In this document: in pieces, positions 37,596 through 47,634 of the stretch
Numbering within the stretch: the first letter of the stretch is position 1
Layout: the number at the start of each line of letters is the position of its first letter
The notes under the pieces: model-generated
Database searches by the model: none
What the model was told of the DNA's origin: nothing
Seen by the model: only the letters and a program-made list of their open reading frames with translations
NCBI GenBank assembly: GCA_963662275.1
Contig: OY759316.1
Location: 1,568,001 to 1,632,000 of the forward strand
DNA length: 64,000 bases
Source of the DNA: Candidatus Cloacimonadales bacterium
Lineage (GTDB): Bacteria > Cloacimonadota > Cloacimonadia > Cloacimonadales > DAONDQ01
Direction: 5' to 3'
Translations under genes and position numbers: made by a program

Positions 37596-38570
37596 ATGCG
37601 AATTGGATTTACAACAAGCTTTCCTGTAGAAGTAATTATTGCAGCAGGACATACGCCCGTTGATTTAAACAATTTGTTTATCTCTATAAAACCTGCTGAT
37701 TATATCGAGTACGCTGAGCGGGGTGGCTTTCCTCGTACGATTTGTTCCTGGATCAAGGGCATTTATGCTGTGTCTTTGGAAAAATGTGTAGATGAAGTCA
37801 TTGGTATTGTACAAGGTGACTGTTCCAATACACATTCCCTGTTATCTACACTGGAAGCTGAAAACATACCAATTCAGTATTTCTCATATCCCTATCCGAA
37901 AGATCGTAATAAACTCAATACAGAAATCTTAAGATTGGAAGAAGTATATCGTATTTCTCATATAGAAGTGATGGATGTGAAAAAGAAATTAGACCGGATT
38001 CGCAAAAAGCTGATACTTCTAGATGAATTGACTTGGAAAGAAAACAAAATCACTGGCAAAGAGAACCATACCTGGCTGGTCTCATCTACAGATTTCAACG
38101 GTGATCCTGAACAATATGAGAGTGATTTGGATTTGTTTCTGAAGGAAGCAAAAGAACGGTCACCATTCAAGCCGACTCTGCGTCTTGCATATTTAGGAGT
38201 GCCTCCAATTATCTCCGATCTCTACGATTATTTGGATGAAATGAATACTCAAGTCGTATATAATGAAGTTCAGCGTCAGTTTTCCATGCCATATTTAGCT
38301 GAAGATATCGTTGATCAATACCTGCAATTTACATATCCCTATTCGGTACAGGACAGACTTTCAGATATTCTGACAGAGCTGGAGCGAAGACATATTGATG
38401 CCGTGATTGGCTATACACAATCCTTCTGTCATCGGCAGATAGACCATTTTCTCATGAAAAAGTATGTCAATATACCTTTCATGAACTTGGAAGGAGATCA
38501 GCCTGGTGTGCTGGATGCAAGGACAAAGCTGAGAATAGAGAGTTTTTTGGAAATACATAGGGGAAGGTGA
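37596..38570 (+). CDS. 2-hydroxyacyl-CoA dehydratase family protein (HgdB/FldC-like)
   Basis: IGFTTSFPVE, CSWIKGIY, GDCS, QSFCHR, TKLRIESFLE. Confidence 0.85.
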   Translation: MRIGFTTSFPVEVIIAAGHTPVDLNNLFISIKPADYIEYAERGGFPRTICSWIKGIYAVSLEKCVDEVIGIVQGDCSNTHSLLSTLEAENIPIQYFSYPYPKDRNKLNTEILRLEEVYRISHIEVMDVKKKLDRIRKKLILLDELTWKENKITGKENHTWLVSSTDFNGDPEQYESDLDLFLKEAKERSPFKPTLRLAYLGVPPIISDLYDYLDEMNTQVVYNEVQRQFSMPYLAEDIVDQYLQFTYPYSVQDRLSDILTELERRHIDAVIGYTQSFCHRQIDHFLMKKYVNIPFMNLEGDQPGVLDARTKLRIESFLEIHRGR

Positions 38571-38683
38571 CAGGTGTTAGGTGTTAGGTGTTAGGTGCTA
38601 GGTGTTAGGTGCTAGGTGTTAGGTGCTAGGTGCTAGGTGTTAGGTGTTAGGTGTTAGGTGTTAGGTGTTAGGTGTTAGGTTCT
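38565..38683 (+). repeat. Heptamer array AGGTGTT/AGGTGCT, 17 units, starting inside the stop codon region
   Basis: Direct read of the sequence. Confidence 0.95.
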
Positions 38684-38767
38684 GGATGATGTATTGATGA
38701 GATTAATATTGCATAGATCAGTTTTATGTCTCTTGGAAGACAAGGGAAGCAGGAAAGAAGCAAAAAT

Positions 38768-38853
38768 TTAGGAAAACCTTAGGAAAACCTTAGGACAATC
38801 TAAAGAAGTCTAGATGATCCCTAGATGAAGCCTAGATGATTCCTAGATGAAAA
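38768..38853 (+). repeat. 11-bp periodic element (TTAGGAAAACC x3, CTAGATGANNC x4)
   Basis: Direct read; similar to the reverse complement of 17326-17390. Confidence 0.85.
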
Positions 38854-38989
38854 CAACCTGAATTTATTAGTCTCTTAATTTGAGATTAAAAGAAGCATAT
38901 GAGAAGTTTATGAAAGAGATATATGAGCGTAAAATATAGCAAATACAATAGTAAATTACTGTATGTCAATAAAATGATAAGGATAGCTA

Positions 38990-40258
38990 ATGAAAAAAGT
39001 AGATTTGATCATTGCTCATACGATGGAGTTGTTAACACTTCAAGGTCCTGATCATGCCAGAAGAGGTCTTGAAATGAACGATTTGGGTATGATTCGTCAA
39101 GGAGCTCTTGCTGTTCATGATGGTAAGATCGTTGCCATAGGCACAACCACTGAGATTACAGATAATTATCAGAGTAAACACTTCATTGATGCAACAGGAA
39201 AAGTTGTGATGCCGGGATTTGTGGATTCTCATACACACCCGGTATTTGTTCATACTCGGGAAAATGAATACGAGATGCGTATCCAGGGTAAAACTTACGC
39301 TGAGATAGCACAAGAAGGAGGAGGTATTCGAAATACAATTCGAACTACTCGCGATGCCTCCAAAACTGTTTTACTCGATCTTGCCCTGAAGCGAATCCGT
39401 AAGATGATTTCCTATGGTACGACAACATTAGAAGCAAAGAGCGGTTATGGATTGACTACAGAAAGTGAAATTCGACAATTGGAAGTCATTCATTTATTGG
39501 AAAAATCTGTACCAATCGACATAATATCCACTTTCATGGGGGCACATGAATATCCAGCTCAATTCAAAGAGAATCACGAAGCATACCTGCAATTACTCGA
39601 GAATGAAATGCTTCCGGCAGTGGCAGAAACTGGTTTGACGCAATTCTGTGATATATTTACAGAGGCTCATGTTTATTCTTTAGAAGAAACCAGGCGTATT
39701 CTTTTAAAAGCCAAAGAGTTAGGATTCAAATTACGAATGCATGCTGATGAGCTTGAACCAATTGGAGGAGCAGAACTTGCAGCAGAATTGGGTTGTCTGT
39801 CAGCAGATCATTTGGGTGCAACTTCCGATCAGGGAATCAAGGCTTTAGCAGAGAAAAACGTCATCGCTGTCCTACTACCCGGAACAATATTCAGTTTGGG
39901 TTTAAAATCATATGCACGTGCTAGAGATATGATTTCTCACGGTGTTCCTGTAGCTTTAGCAACAGATTTCAATCCAGGTAGCTGCAATTGTGATTCCATG
40001 CAGATGATCATCTCTATAGCCTGTTCCCAAATGCGTATGACACCTGGGGAAGCGATAACGGCATCTACAATAAACGGGGCGTATGCCCTGGATATGGGTG
40101 ATCGAACTGGTTCTCTTGAAGTTGGCAAACAAGCGGATATATTGATTATGGATATACCATCCTATCAATATATTCCATATCATATTGGATCGAATGTAGT
40201 GGAGACAGTGATAAAAAAAGGTGTCATAATTCATAATAATATCCATACTGGAGGATAA
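38990..40258 (+). CDS. hutI: Imidazolonepropionase
   Basis: PGFVDSHTH, GTTTLEAKSGYGL, HADEL, SADHL, ALATDFNPG. Confidence 0.95.
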   Translation: MKKVDLIIAHTMELLTLQGPDHARRGLEMNDLGMIRQGALAVHDGKIVAIGTTTEITDNYQSKHFIDATGKVVMPGFVDSHTHPVFVHTRENEYEMRIQGKTYAEIAQEGGGIRNTIRTTRDASKTVLLDLALKRIRKMISYGTTTLEAKSGYGLTTESEIRQLEVIHLLEKSVPIDIISTFMGAHEYPAQFKENHEAYLQLLENEMLPAVAETGLTQFCDIFTEAHVYSLEETRRILLKAKELGFKLRMHADELEPIGGAELAAELGCLSADHLGATSDQGIKALAEKNVIAVLLPGTIFSLGLKSYARARDMISHGVPVALATDFNPGSCNCDSMQMIISIACSQMRMTPGEAITASTINGAYALDMGDRTGSLEVGKQADILIMDIPSYQYIPYHIGSNVVETVIKKGVIIHNNIHTGG

Positions 40259-40261
40259 TTC

Positions 40262-41077
40262 ATGAACTATTCAGGCAAATCTGGAGTACTTTTTGGTATT
40301 TTCATTCTAATGTGGACTTCTAATATTGCTATGTTATTTGCTGCTGACATTCAAAAAGCAGTTATCATGGGTGATTCACGTACAAATATTGAGATATACA
40401 AACAAATCACTGAAAAGATCGTCCTGCAAAAACCCCAGGTAGTTTTTCATACTGGTGATTTGGTATCCAATGGTTTCATTGAAACACAGTGGGATGATTT
40501 TGAAGCAGCAACAAAAAAAATTGATGAAATAGCTTCATTTTTCCCTGTCAGAGGCAATCACGATGGAAGTGCTGGAGTTTTCCTAAAACATTTTCCACGA
40601 TTAGGTTCCCAAACCTGGTATTTGAACGAATATCTGGGATTGCATTGGATCATTGTTGATAGTGAGCTTCCCGTTACAATTGGATCAGAACAGTATAGAT
40701 GGCTGAAAAACGATTTGAAAGGGGCAGGGAATAAATTCTGTATTCTTTTGCTTCATCATCCCATCTACAGTTCCGGACATCATGGAAACGATTTTAAGTC
40801 CAAAGATTTGATGCAGTTAATTCAGAAATATAAGGTCAAGCTCGTGTTCAGTGGACATGACCATATTTATGAACGTTCTTTTCATGAGGCTACATATTAT
40901 ATAGTTACGGGAGGAGCAGGTGCTCCCTTATACAATAAAGTAAAAGAAAATCCATATTCTCAATATTTTTCCTCGACATATCATTACTGTGTGTTAGAAA
41001 ATCAACCTGATAAGATTCAAGTTAGAGTTTTTGATTTGAAAGATAATCAGATTGATTCATTAACAATCTCAAAATAG
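40262..41077 (+). CDS. Secreted calcineurin-like metallophosphoesterase
   Basis: GDSR, TGDLV, GNHD, HHP, SGHDHIYER motifs; signal peptide. Confidence 0.9.
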   Translation: MNYSGKSGVLFGIFILMWTSNIAMLFAADIQKAVIMGDSRTNIEIYKQITEKIVLQKPQVVFHTGDLVSNGFIETQWDDFEAATKKIDEIASFFPVRGNHDGSAGVFLKHFPRLGSQTWYLNEYLGLHWIIVDSELPVTIGSEQYRWLKNDLKGAGNKFCILLLHHPIYSSGHHGNDFKSKDLMQLIQKYKVKLVFSGHDHIYERSFHEATYYIVTGGAGAPLYNKVKENPYSQYFSSTYHYCVLENQPDKIQVRVFDLKDNQIDSLTISK

Positions 41078-41085
41078 GATATATC

Positions 41086-41532
41086 ATGGAAAGACCATCA
41101 TGCCTCGGATGTTTATTTACGAGTGTCGTGCTAATAATTTTTTTCACAAATCTGATCCTATTTATCTTGGATAAGATATTCAAAATCGGATTTTATCAAT
41201 CAATGGGCTTCATGACCCTAGATAACTTTGGCGTTGAGTTCATGGCTCACAAGACAGTTGTGGCTGTCTCATTTATCATTGCTCTTCTCCCGACGTTGTA
41301 TTTTGCTGCACTGATAAATGATATCTATGTTAAGTACAAAAGATCCAAGGAAAAGGAAATTGAATCATTAATGCAAGAAGATAAGGATCATGTGGATAAA
41401 AAGAATTATAATCTAACACTTCCTAAAAGCAATTCCGATTTGATTGATCCTAGCCGTTTTAAACCACCTTCAAAGTCACTGCCAACAAATATGCCCAAGA
41501 AACCGGAATCGGATGATTCCGATAAAAGCTAA
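41086..41532 (+). CDS. Hypothetical two-TM membrane protein
   Basis: Two hydrophobic helices and a charged tail; operonic spacing. Confidence 0.7.
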   Translation: MERPSCLGCLFTSVVLIIFFTNLILFILDKIFKIGFYQSMGFMTLDNFGVEFMAHKTVVAVSFIIALLPTLYFAALINDIYVKYKRSKEKEIESLMQEDKDHVDKKNYNLTLPKSNSDLIDPSRFKPPSKSLPTNMPKKPESDDSDKS

Positions 41533-41644
41533 TGAATTCCTGGAAAGGAGATTAATCTTATATTGCTGAATTCAACAGGAAAGATGTTGAAGAGATTTTT
41601 ATTCCGGTTTCAAAATAATTATGTATGATAAAGGAGAAGATAAC

Positions 41645-42040
41645 ATGTTTACTGTGAATATTGAACTTAAAGAGAACAAAAAAGTCGATGCTAAAATTCG
41701 TGATTTTATCATCCCAACCGATCAACCACTCGATAATGGCGGTGATAATACGGCACCCAGTCCCTTTGAGTATTTTCTTGCCTCACTTGGCACTTGTGCC
41801 GGTATCTATATTAAAGGTTTTTGCACGAAACGGAAAATCGATACAGACCAGGTTAAACTAATTCTTACAGCGGATGAAAAGCCCGATGGCACACCAAGCA
41901 AAGTGAAAATAGCAATTGAGGTTCCAGTTGGTTTTCCTGAACAATATTTGAATGCTTTGATCAGTGTTGCTGATTTATGCCTGGTTAAAAAAACGATATT
42001 AGTTCCTCCAGAATTTGAGATAACAACAGAATATAAGTAA
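41645..42040 (+). CDS. OsmC family protein
   Basis: TDQP..GG..APSPFEYFLASLGTCAG and second Cys in CLVKK; start behind AAAGGAGA. Confidence 0.88.
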   Translation: MFTVNIELKENKKVDAKIRDFIIPTDQPLDNGGDNTAPSPFEYFLASLGTCAGIYIKGFCTKRKIDTDQVKLILTADEKPDGTPSKVKIAIEVPVGFPEQYLNALISVADLCLVKKTILVPPEFEITTEYK

Positions 42041-42139
42041 AAAAAAGAAACGGAGAAATCAATTGCTTCTATGTCAATATTCATCCTAATTATTTTCAAT
42101 ACTTGACATCCAGAATACCCAAAAAAATATAACATTCAT

Positions 42140-42226
42140 GCGAAAGTGGCGGAATTGGCAGACGCGCTGGACTTAGGATCCAGTTGGGTTAAACCAGTAG
42201 GGGTTCAAGTCCCCTCTTTCGCACCA
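42140..42226 (+). tRNA. tRNA-Leu (TAG)
   Basis: GCGAAAGTGGCGGAATTGGCAGACGCG-CTGGA-CTTAGGA-TCCAG, long variable arm, GGTTCAAGTCC, CCA. Confidence 0.96.
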
Positions 42227-42256
42227 TTTTATGAATGAAGGACATAGGAGAATACA

Positions 42257-43564
42257 TTGAAAGTCGAGATCAAAGAAATCGACCCGGTTGTACGGGAAAT
42301 GACCGTGACGGTTCCGGTTGAAGAAACAGAACCCATCTATCGTAAAGCATTGAATAAAGTGAAAGGGAAAGCTGCTATTCCTGGTTTCAGACCTGGGAAA
42401 GCTCCCGAAAAGATGGTGGAACATCAGTACGAAAGTTATATCACACAGGAATTCTATGAGCATGCATTAGAACACTTCTATTTTAAAGCAATCGAAGAAA
42501 ACGATCTGAATCCCATCAATGAACCGGAGAATACACAGTTGGATTGGGAAAAAGGAAAGGAATTCGTAGCGACCTATCGCTTTGAAGTACATCCTGAAAT
42601 CGAAGTAACGAATTACACAAATCTGGAAGTTGAATGGGAAGCGATTCCACTGGAAAATGAAGTCAATGATTATTTGGATGAAATGCGCCAGAAAATGGCA
42701 CAATTTATTGAAGCTGAGGGAACGGTTGAACCTAAGGATCTGGTTGAAGTAGAAATCACTTATGATCAAGATGGTGAACAGAAAAAAATGAATCACAGCT
42801 TCTTCCTCTTCAATGAATATATGGATAAAAACCTGATTTCAACATTGGTGGGTACGAATATTGGGGAAACAGTAAATGCAGAAGTTGATGAATATATCCT
42901 TTCTCATGAGCATCATGACCATGATGATAAAGAAGAACACTCACATACAAAGGTGCCAGTTACTATTATGATCAATTCTATTCGTCGCAGTCACCTTCCC
43001 GAGTTGGATGATGAGTTTGCGAAAGATGCTGAATTCGATTCTCTCGAGGATATGAAGCTGAAAATTGGTGAAGAGATGCATGATCACAACGAAAAGGGCA
43101 ACATTGACCGGAAACGTGATGCGATCATCTCCAAGCTCTTTGAGTTAAATCCATTCCCCTTACCGAAAAGCTTTGTCGATAGAATCACTGCTATGTATAT
43201 GGAATCGCAACAAGATAAGGATATTCCTGATTGGTTTAAAACATATTATAAGATGTTAGCAGAAAAGCAGGTAAAGCGTCTTTATATCATGAGAAAATTA
43301 AGAGATATCTTCAATGTGACTGTCTCTGAAGAAGATAAAACTGCATTTATTACCAAGATGGCAGATGAACACAAGGAAACTGTTGAAGAATTCTCAAAGA
43401 AACATCCTGACCATGTTGAATCAGAAGGACTGGAAAGTGATGTCATTGAAGAAAAAGTCTTTACAGAATTGGAAAAAACAATGACCTTCATCAAGCCGGT
43501 TCCCAAAGCTGCGGAGCCGGTAATAGAAGAAAAATTAAAAGCTAAGGCGAAAGCAAAAAAATAA
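42257..43564 (+). CDS. tig: Trigger factor
   Basis: Ribosome-binding signature IPGFRPGKAP; tRNA-Leu-tig-clpP-clpX synteny; TTG start. Confidence 0.93.
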   Translation: MKVEIKEIDPVVREMTVTVPVEETEPIYRKALNKVKGKAAIPGFRPGKAPEKMVEHQYESYITQEFYEHALEHFYFKAIEENDLNPINEPENTQLDWEKGKEFVATYRFEVHPEIEVTNYTNLEVEWEAIPLENEVNDYLDEMRQKMAQFIEAEGTVEPKDLVEVEITYDQDGEQKKMNHSFFLFNEYMDKNLISTLVGTNIGETVNAEVDEYILSHEHHDHDDKEEHSHTKVPVTIMINSIRRSHLPELDDEFAKDAEFDSLEDMKLKIGEEMHDHNEKGNIDRKRDAIISKLFELNPFPLPKSFVDRITAMYMESQQDKDIPDWFKTYYKMLAEKQVKRLYIMRKLRDIFNVTVSEEDKTAFITKMADEHKETVEEFSKKHPDHVESEGLESDVIEEKVFTELEKTMTFIKPVPKAAEPVIEEKLKAKAKAKK

Positions 43565-43573
43565 GGAGCCATT

Positions 43574-44158
43574 ATGCCTTACGTTCCCATCGTTATCGAA
43601 CAGGTTGGACGAACAGAAAGGGCTTATGATATATATTCCCGTTTATTGAAAGATCGCATTGTCTTTGTATGCGGACCGATTGACGATTATGTTGCCGATC
43701 TGATTGTAGCCCAATTACTGCATTTGGAAGGTGAAGATCCTGAGAAGGATATCGCCATGTACATAAATAGTCCTGGTGGTGTTATAACTGCTGGTTTGGC
43801 TATATATGACACGATGCAGTACATCAAACCTCATGTTAGTACGACTTGCATTGGGCAAGCTGCCAGCATGGGTGCGGTGCTTTTAGCTGCCGGTTCTGCA
43901 GGGAAAAGATTTTGTCTGCCAAACAGTCGTATCATGATTCATCAACCTTTGGGTGGAGTTCAAGGTCAGGCAACGGATATCGAGATTCAAGCAAAGGAAA
44001 TCCTATATTTGAAGGAAAGAATCAGCCTCATTCTTCAGCATCATACAGGTCAGAATGCGGAGAAGATCATGAGGGACACGGATCGGAATTATTTTATGAG
44101 TGCTTTGGAAGCAAAAGATTACGGCATCATTGATGAAGTAATCGTCAAAAGAAAATAG
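43574..44158 (+). CDS. clpP: ATP-dependent Clp protease proteolytic subunit
   Basis: [32 protein letters not shown]. Confidence 0.98.
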   Translation: MPYVPIVIEQVGRTERAYDIYSRLLKDRIVFVCGPIDDYVADLIVAQLLHLEGEDPEKDIAMYINSPGGVITAGLAIYDTMQYIKPHVSTTCIGQAASMGAVLLAAGSAGKRFCLPNSRIMIHQPLGGVQGQATDIEIQAKEILYLKERISLILQHHTGQNAEKIMRDTDRNYFMSALEAKDYGIIDEVIVKRK

Positions 44159-44167
44159 GAGCCATTC

Positions 44168-45406
44168 TTGGAGAAATACACGAACTTGAAATGTTCTTTT
44201 TGCGGAAGACCGGAAAACGAAACCAAACAGATGATTCATGGAATCCAGGGAAACATCTGTGATGAATGCATTGAGATGTGCTCAACTATTATTGAAACGG
44301 ATCGGAAAGATGATGAATTAGATAATTTTGTTTTACCGAAACCGAAAGAAATCAAGGAATTTCTAGATCAGTATGTGATTGGGCAGGATAAAGCAAAACA
44401 AATCATTGCTGTTGCCGTTTATAACCATTATAAACGTATCTTCAGGCAACAGAAGAATGATGAGATAGAACTTGAAAAGAGTAATATCCTCATGATTGGA
44501 CCTACCGGTTCAGGTAAGACACTCATGGCTCAGACCCTGGCAAAGTACTTGAAAGTACCATTTGCCATTTCAGATGCAACAACACTCACTGAAGCCGGTT
44601 ATGTTGGTGAAGATGTTGAAAATATCCTGGTTCGCCTACTGCAAAATGCTAATTATGACGTTGCTAAAGCTGAACGTGGAATTATATATTTAGATGAAAT
44701 TGATAAGATATCCAGGAAATCAGAAACTCCATCTATTACCAGGGATGTATCCGGTGAAGGTGTTCAACAGGCATTGTTGAAGATTCTTGAAGGTACGAAA
44801 GTCAATGTTCCACCGAAAGGTGGGCGTAAACATCCTCAGCAGGACTTTATTGAAATGGATACGACAAATATTCTATTCATTTGTGGTGGAGCTTTCTTTG
44901 GACTGGAAAGGATCATCCAAAGTCGCGTGAATAAGAAGAACGTTGGTTTTGATGCTGATATTCATATGCAGAAAGAGCAGCCTGATATTTTCGAATACGT
45001 TATCTCTGATGATCTGCTCAAATATGGTTTGATTCCTGAAATCATAGGTCGAATGCCGGTTATCGCGACACTTCATGAATTGAGTGAATCAGCCTTAATC
45101 CAGATTTTAACCCAGCCCAGGAATGCTATCTGTAAGCAATATAAAAAGTTATTCGATCTAGATGGAGTTGCTCTTGATTTTACTGAGGACGCTCTTTCAT
45201 CAATTGCCAAAATTGCGATCACGCAGAAGACTGGTGCCCGTGGATTACGTACGATCATGGAAAGAATCATGCTGAACCTGATGTATGAATTACCTGATCT
45301 ACCTAATATCTCTGAATGTATTGTTACAAAGGATGTGATTGAAGGTAATAAAGACCTTTTGACTGCTTTTACCAAGTCTGATAAAAAAGAAAAGATCTCT
45401 GCCTAA
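44168..45406 (+). CDS. clpX: ATP-dependent Clp protease ATP-binding subunit ClpX
   Basis: C4 Zn finger [30 protein letters not shown] loop; TTG start. Confidence 0.98.
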   Translation: MEKYTNLKCSFCGRPENETKQMIHGIQGNICDECIEMCSTIIETDRKDDELDNFVLPKPKEIKEFLDQYVIGQDKAKQIIAVAVYNHYKRIFRQQKNDEIELEKSNILMIGPTGSGKTLMAQTLAKYLKVPFAISDATTLTEAGYVGEDVENILVRLLQNANYDVAKAERGIIYLDEIDKISRKSETPSITRDVSGEGVQQALLKILEGTKVNVPPKGGRKHPQQDFIEMDTTNILFICGGAFFGLERIIQSRVNKKNVGFDADIHMQKEQPDIFEYVISDDLLKYGLIPEIIGRMPVIATLHELSESALIQILTQPRNAICKQYKKLFDLDGVALDFTEDALSSIAKIAITQKTGARGLRTIMERIMLNLMYELPDLPNISECIVTKDVIEGNKDLLTAFTKSDKKEKISA

Positions 45407-45421
45407 TCGGCATAATAGACG

Positions 45422-45446
45422 AAGGCAGCAAGAAAGCTGCCTTTTT
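45422..45446 (+). terminator. Rho-independent terminator after clpX
   Basis: AAGGCAGC-aagaaa-GCTGCCTT-TTT. Confidence 0.75.
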
Positions 45447-45463
45447 GTTTTTAAGGATGTGAT

Positions 45464-47047
45464 ATGCAGCAAACGTTGTTTATTCATGCTAGAATTTACG
45501 ATCCGCTAAGAGGCTTTCTTCATGCAGATTCTCTACTAGTTGAAGGGAATTGTATCATTGCTATCGGTGCTTATAATGAAATTAGTCATTTGATTTCCTC
45601 ACAGGTCGAAAAAATCGATTTGAAAGAAAAAATCTTGCTTCCTGCTTTTATTGATACACATACTCATTTTTTTGAATTGGCTCGAAAGAAAGTTGCTGTT
45701 GATCTCGAACCTGCAACGAATCTTGCTGAAGTTGAACAGATTCTCTTACGTTTTCGGGAGAATTTAACTGAAAAACTGGATTGGGTGAGAGGCAGTGGAT
45801 GGAATACAAATATTTATCCCGATACCCGATTGATGGATCGCTATTTCCTGGACAGAATCTTCCCTGATATGCCCGTTTCTTTTGAAAGCAAGGACTTTCA
45901 TAGTAAATGGTGCAACAGCTTAGCTCTTAAGATTGCGGATATTGATTCCAATACACCTGATCCTCCCGGCGCATTGATTCATCATTTTGCAGATGGAACT
46001 CCCAATGGTTTACTTTCTGAAAAAGCTTGGGAACTCATTGATCGGGTGATTCCTCCCATGAGTAGGAGAGAGATGAAACGGGTTACGAAACTTGCGATTG
46101 AGGATGCCTGGCGTTTTGGTCTTGCTGAAGTTCACAGTATGGAAAACAATTCGATATTTTCGCTTTATGATGAATTAAATGATGAACATATCCCCTTTCG
46201 ATTTTGTTGGCATTTTCCTTCTGAATATTTGAATGAAATGATTAAATCAGATACTCGATCCTATACCGGAACAGATACTTTAAAAATTGGTGGAATGAAG
46301 ATCTTTATGGATGGTTCCCTAGGTTCTCAAACTGCCTATATGTATGATTCTTATCCCAATCAAAACGATTATTTTGGGAATATCGTTTTGAGTGCAGAAG
46401 AGTTAATACAATTAGTGGAAAAGGGTCTTGAATATGGTATCTATTCCAGTATCCATGCAATTGGAGATCATTGTGTACATGAAGTCATAGATGTCATCGA
46501 CAGTGTGAATCAACGACACGGGATTGGTTTGCATAGAATTGAGCATTTGCAGTGCATTCGCAATGAAGATATTCCCAAGCTTATCAAAAATAAAATCTAT
46601 TGCGCTATGCAACCGATTCACATGAGAACTGATATTCCTCTCATCGAAAAACATTGGAATGAGGATGCTAAAAACAGTACTTATACTTTTAATACTTTGA
46701 TTAACAATGGATTGGAACCTGGTTTTGGTTCAGATACTCCTGTTGATACCATGAATCCCTTCAAAGGTATCTATTCTGCTTTGGAACGTAAACATCTGAA
46801 TGATCCTAAACAAGTCTCCTGGCATCCTCAGGAGAAAATTACTATTTCCACTGCTTTAAAAGCATACACAACTTGGGCTGCAAGAGCTTCTCAAAGCCAG
46901 GATAAACGAGGTAGGATCGCTCTCGGTATGCTAGCTGATTTGATTGTGATTGATGATTTTACTAAAGAACCTAATGAGTTCTGGCTGCAGTGTGAATCAT
47001 ATCTGACCATGGTGGATGGGAAAGTAGTGTATAGCAGAAGGTTCTAG
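45464..47047 (+). CDS. Amidohydrolase 3 family (YtcJ-like) protein
   Basis: PAFIDTHTH, KIFMDGSLGSQTA, HAIGD, HRIEH, FGSDTP. Confidence 0.9.
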   Translation: MQQTLFIHARIYDPLRGFLHADSLLVEGNCIIAIGAYNEISHLISSQVEKIDLKEKILLPAFIDTHTHFFELARKKVAVDLEPATNLAEVEQILLRFRENLTEKLDWVRGSGWNTNIYPDTRLMDRYFLDRIFPDMPVSFESKDFHSKWCNSLALKIADIDSNTPDPPGALIHHFADGTPNGLLSEKAWELIDRVIPPMSRREMKRVTKLAIEDAWRFGLAEVHSMENNSIFSLYDELNDEHIPFRFCWHFPSEYLNEMIKSDTRSYTGTDTLKIGGMKIFMDGSLGSQTAYMYDSYPNQNDYFGNIVLSAEELIQLVEKGLEYGIYSSIHAIGDHCVHEVIDVIDSVNQRHGIGLHRIEHLQCIRNEDIPKLIKNKIYCAMQPIHMRTDIPLIEKHWNEDAKNSTYTFNTLINNGLEPGFGSDTPVDTMNPFKGIYSALERKHLNDPKQVSWHPQEKITISTALKAYTTWAARASQSQDKRGRIALGMLADLIVIDDFTKEPNEFWLQCESYLTMVDGKVVYSRRF

Positions 47048-47199
47048 GTGTTAGGTTTTAGGTGCTAGGTGACAGGTGACAGCGTACAGCGTACAGCGTA
47101 CAGGGTACAGGGTACAGGGTACAGGGTACAGGGTATTGGGTACAGGATATAGGGTACAGGATATAGGGTACAGGATATAGGGTACAGGGTATAGGGTAT
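47039..47199 (+). repeat. In-phase heptamer array of 23 units with progressively changing unit sequence
   Basis: AGGTKYT > AGGTGAC > AGCGTAC > AGGGTAC > alternating AGGATAT/AGGGTAC > AGGGTAT. Confidence 0.95.
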
Positions 47200-47634
47200 A
47201 GTTTAGAACAACAGAACAGAACAGAACAGTATCTCCCTTCATTTCGAACTAACGGGAAAGGAGTTTTTGCTACCGATTATGAAAGCAGAGATCTCCGAGT
47301 GAATAGATGGTTATTGAGCGAAGTCGAAATGCATCTATTAGTATCGAGGAGCAGACATTACGCATCCATAAAGTGTCAAATCAGTTCATTTCGATACGAT
47401 TTCTCCTTCGTCGACTCACCCTCTAATCCCTATTTTGTGCTCAAAAGAGGGAAGATTTTCCCTCCCTTTGGATAAAGAGAGGGATTAAGGGAGAGTTTGA
47501 TTCTCTGCTCTGCTTCTGAATCTATCAGCTGTTACCTGAGACCTGGCACCTTCCGCAATTTATTTACTTGACACTTCATTAATCCTTTATTTAACTCAAA
47601 TAAATTTTTACCTTGCAAGTACATTGGAGGTACT

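Noticed and set aside
47051..47242. 63-aa ORF with LYPV repeats
   Set aside because: Translation of the heptamer array
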